Positions 63,201 through 64,000 of a stretch of 64,000 nucleotides of DNA are shown here, piece by piece (the stretch's first letter is position 1; each line of letters starts with the position of its first letter). The stretch covers positions 11,098,001-11,162,000 of the forward strand of contig NC_135901.1 in NCBI RefSeq assembly GCF_964194155.1, written 5' to 3'. The position numbers and the translations under genes are program-made. This stretch comes from Cetorhinus maximus (Eukaryota). Below the pieces are notes generated by a model that saw only the letters and a program-made list of their open reading frames with translations, did no database searches and was not told the DNA's origin.

Positions 63201-63937
63201 CTTTGGGAAAATGTTCACTCTATGAAGTGCGTTAATGGGAAGAGATTGTGAATTGACATTGCAAGCTTAAAAAAGATGCTCGAGAATAAGGTTGTCAAGA
63301 TCGAATGGATTGATAGCAGCTACCAATTATCTGACTGCTTCACCAAAAGAGGAGCAAGCTCCAAGAAGTGATTAGAGATCTTCAAAGAGGGATGTCTTTC
63401 TCTTTAAGAAAAAAATACTCCTTTTCTGTGGACATATCTGTACATGTGTGGTCTTTTTTTAAGGAGGAGAATAAGGTGAATTTATTGAATGAAACAATAT
63501 ATATTGATAAAAGCAAAAATAAAAGCAAAATACTGCGGATGCTGGAAATCTGAAACAAAAACAAAAATAGCTGGAAAAACTCAGCAGGTCTGACAGCATC
63601 TGCGGAGAGGAACACAGTTAACGTTTCGAGTCCATGTGACTCTTCATCAGAACTATATACTGATGTTTGTTATTACTTTTTTTTTGTGTGATTATATAAA
63701 CTTAAAGGTTATTTTATTTTTAAGAAGAGGGGAATCTGTTAGGGAAGGAAACAGTTAAAGAAGTCCAATTGCTAATTATTAAGTTGTTTAACTAAGTACC
63801 CATTCGGTTGTATAAAAGGGATAACAGTTGAGACTAGTTGGCTCTGTGGAGAGTTTTATAACAAGCAATAAAATTCTGTCTGAAGGAGTTAGTCTTGGCT
63901 TTGGTCTTCATTTCTAAACAACTATTGGAACTTAACA
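60255..63937 (+). mobile_element. GalEa-like Ty1/Copia retrotransposon, degraded pol (IN-RT-RNaseH), PPT and 3' LTR (63737-63937)
   Basis: IN: KLHQQFVHP..IDLK..VDLATRFS..SPFSNGVCERNH; RT: SIDIKAAFLQG..LWKLNKCVYSLNDASRVWY; RH: KSTLAAETLA..DNKSL..QLSDCFTK; Copia domain order; purine tract AAGAAGAGGGGAA before a 201-bp TGTTA..TTAACA LTR. Confidence 0.9.
63616..63654 (-). ncRNA. Minimal type I hammerhead ribozyme in a Penelope pLTR fragment (~63518-63654)
   Basis: Minus strand AGTT-CTGATGA-A-GAGTC(acatg)GACTC-GAAA-CGTTA-ACT: intact core boxes, helix II and palindromic stem III. Confidence 0.75.
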
Positions 63938-64000
63938 TATAATTGTATAAGACTTATTTACACTTGTATTCCAATCCCTTTGTAATATAGGCTAACATAC

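Noticed and set aside
44233-63937. A single giant Copia element that captured ZNF-G, H and I between its LTRs
   Set aside because: The two LTRs share no visible similarity beyond TGTTA..AACA, and no matching TSD

Overview
Vertebrate genomic DNA, most likely from a cartilaginous fish (shark/ray). This is inferred from SacSINE1-type DeuSINEs, abundant shark-type CR1 LINEs and Neptune/Poseidon Penelope elements. The window is a transposon-dense cluster of tandem C2H2 zinc-finger genes with no recognisable KRAB, SCAN or BTB domain. Five ORFs are intact (B 13 fingers, C 13, D 12, E 7, G 7), four are pseudogenes (A, F, H, I) and there are several remnants. The genes are mostly arranged as head-to-head pairs around duplicated CpG-rich promoters (NRF1, CCAAT, ETS, RFX and ZNF143-like motifs). 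Most copies share one cassette: short non-coding 5' exons, a leader of vestigial fingers, an MEKPWKC-type start, and an in-frame peptide ([16 protein letters not shown]) that lies just behind the stop codon in most copies but is part of the ORF in gene C. Between the genes are CR1 LINEs, SINEs, Penelope elements with hammerhead ribozyme motifs, solo LTRs, a Gmr1-like Gypsy fragment, two GalEa-like Copia elements and a 27-bp minisatellite. Repeat boundaries were read by eye and are approximate. Splice sites are predictions.
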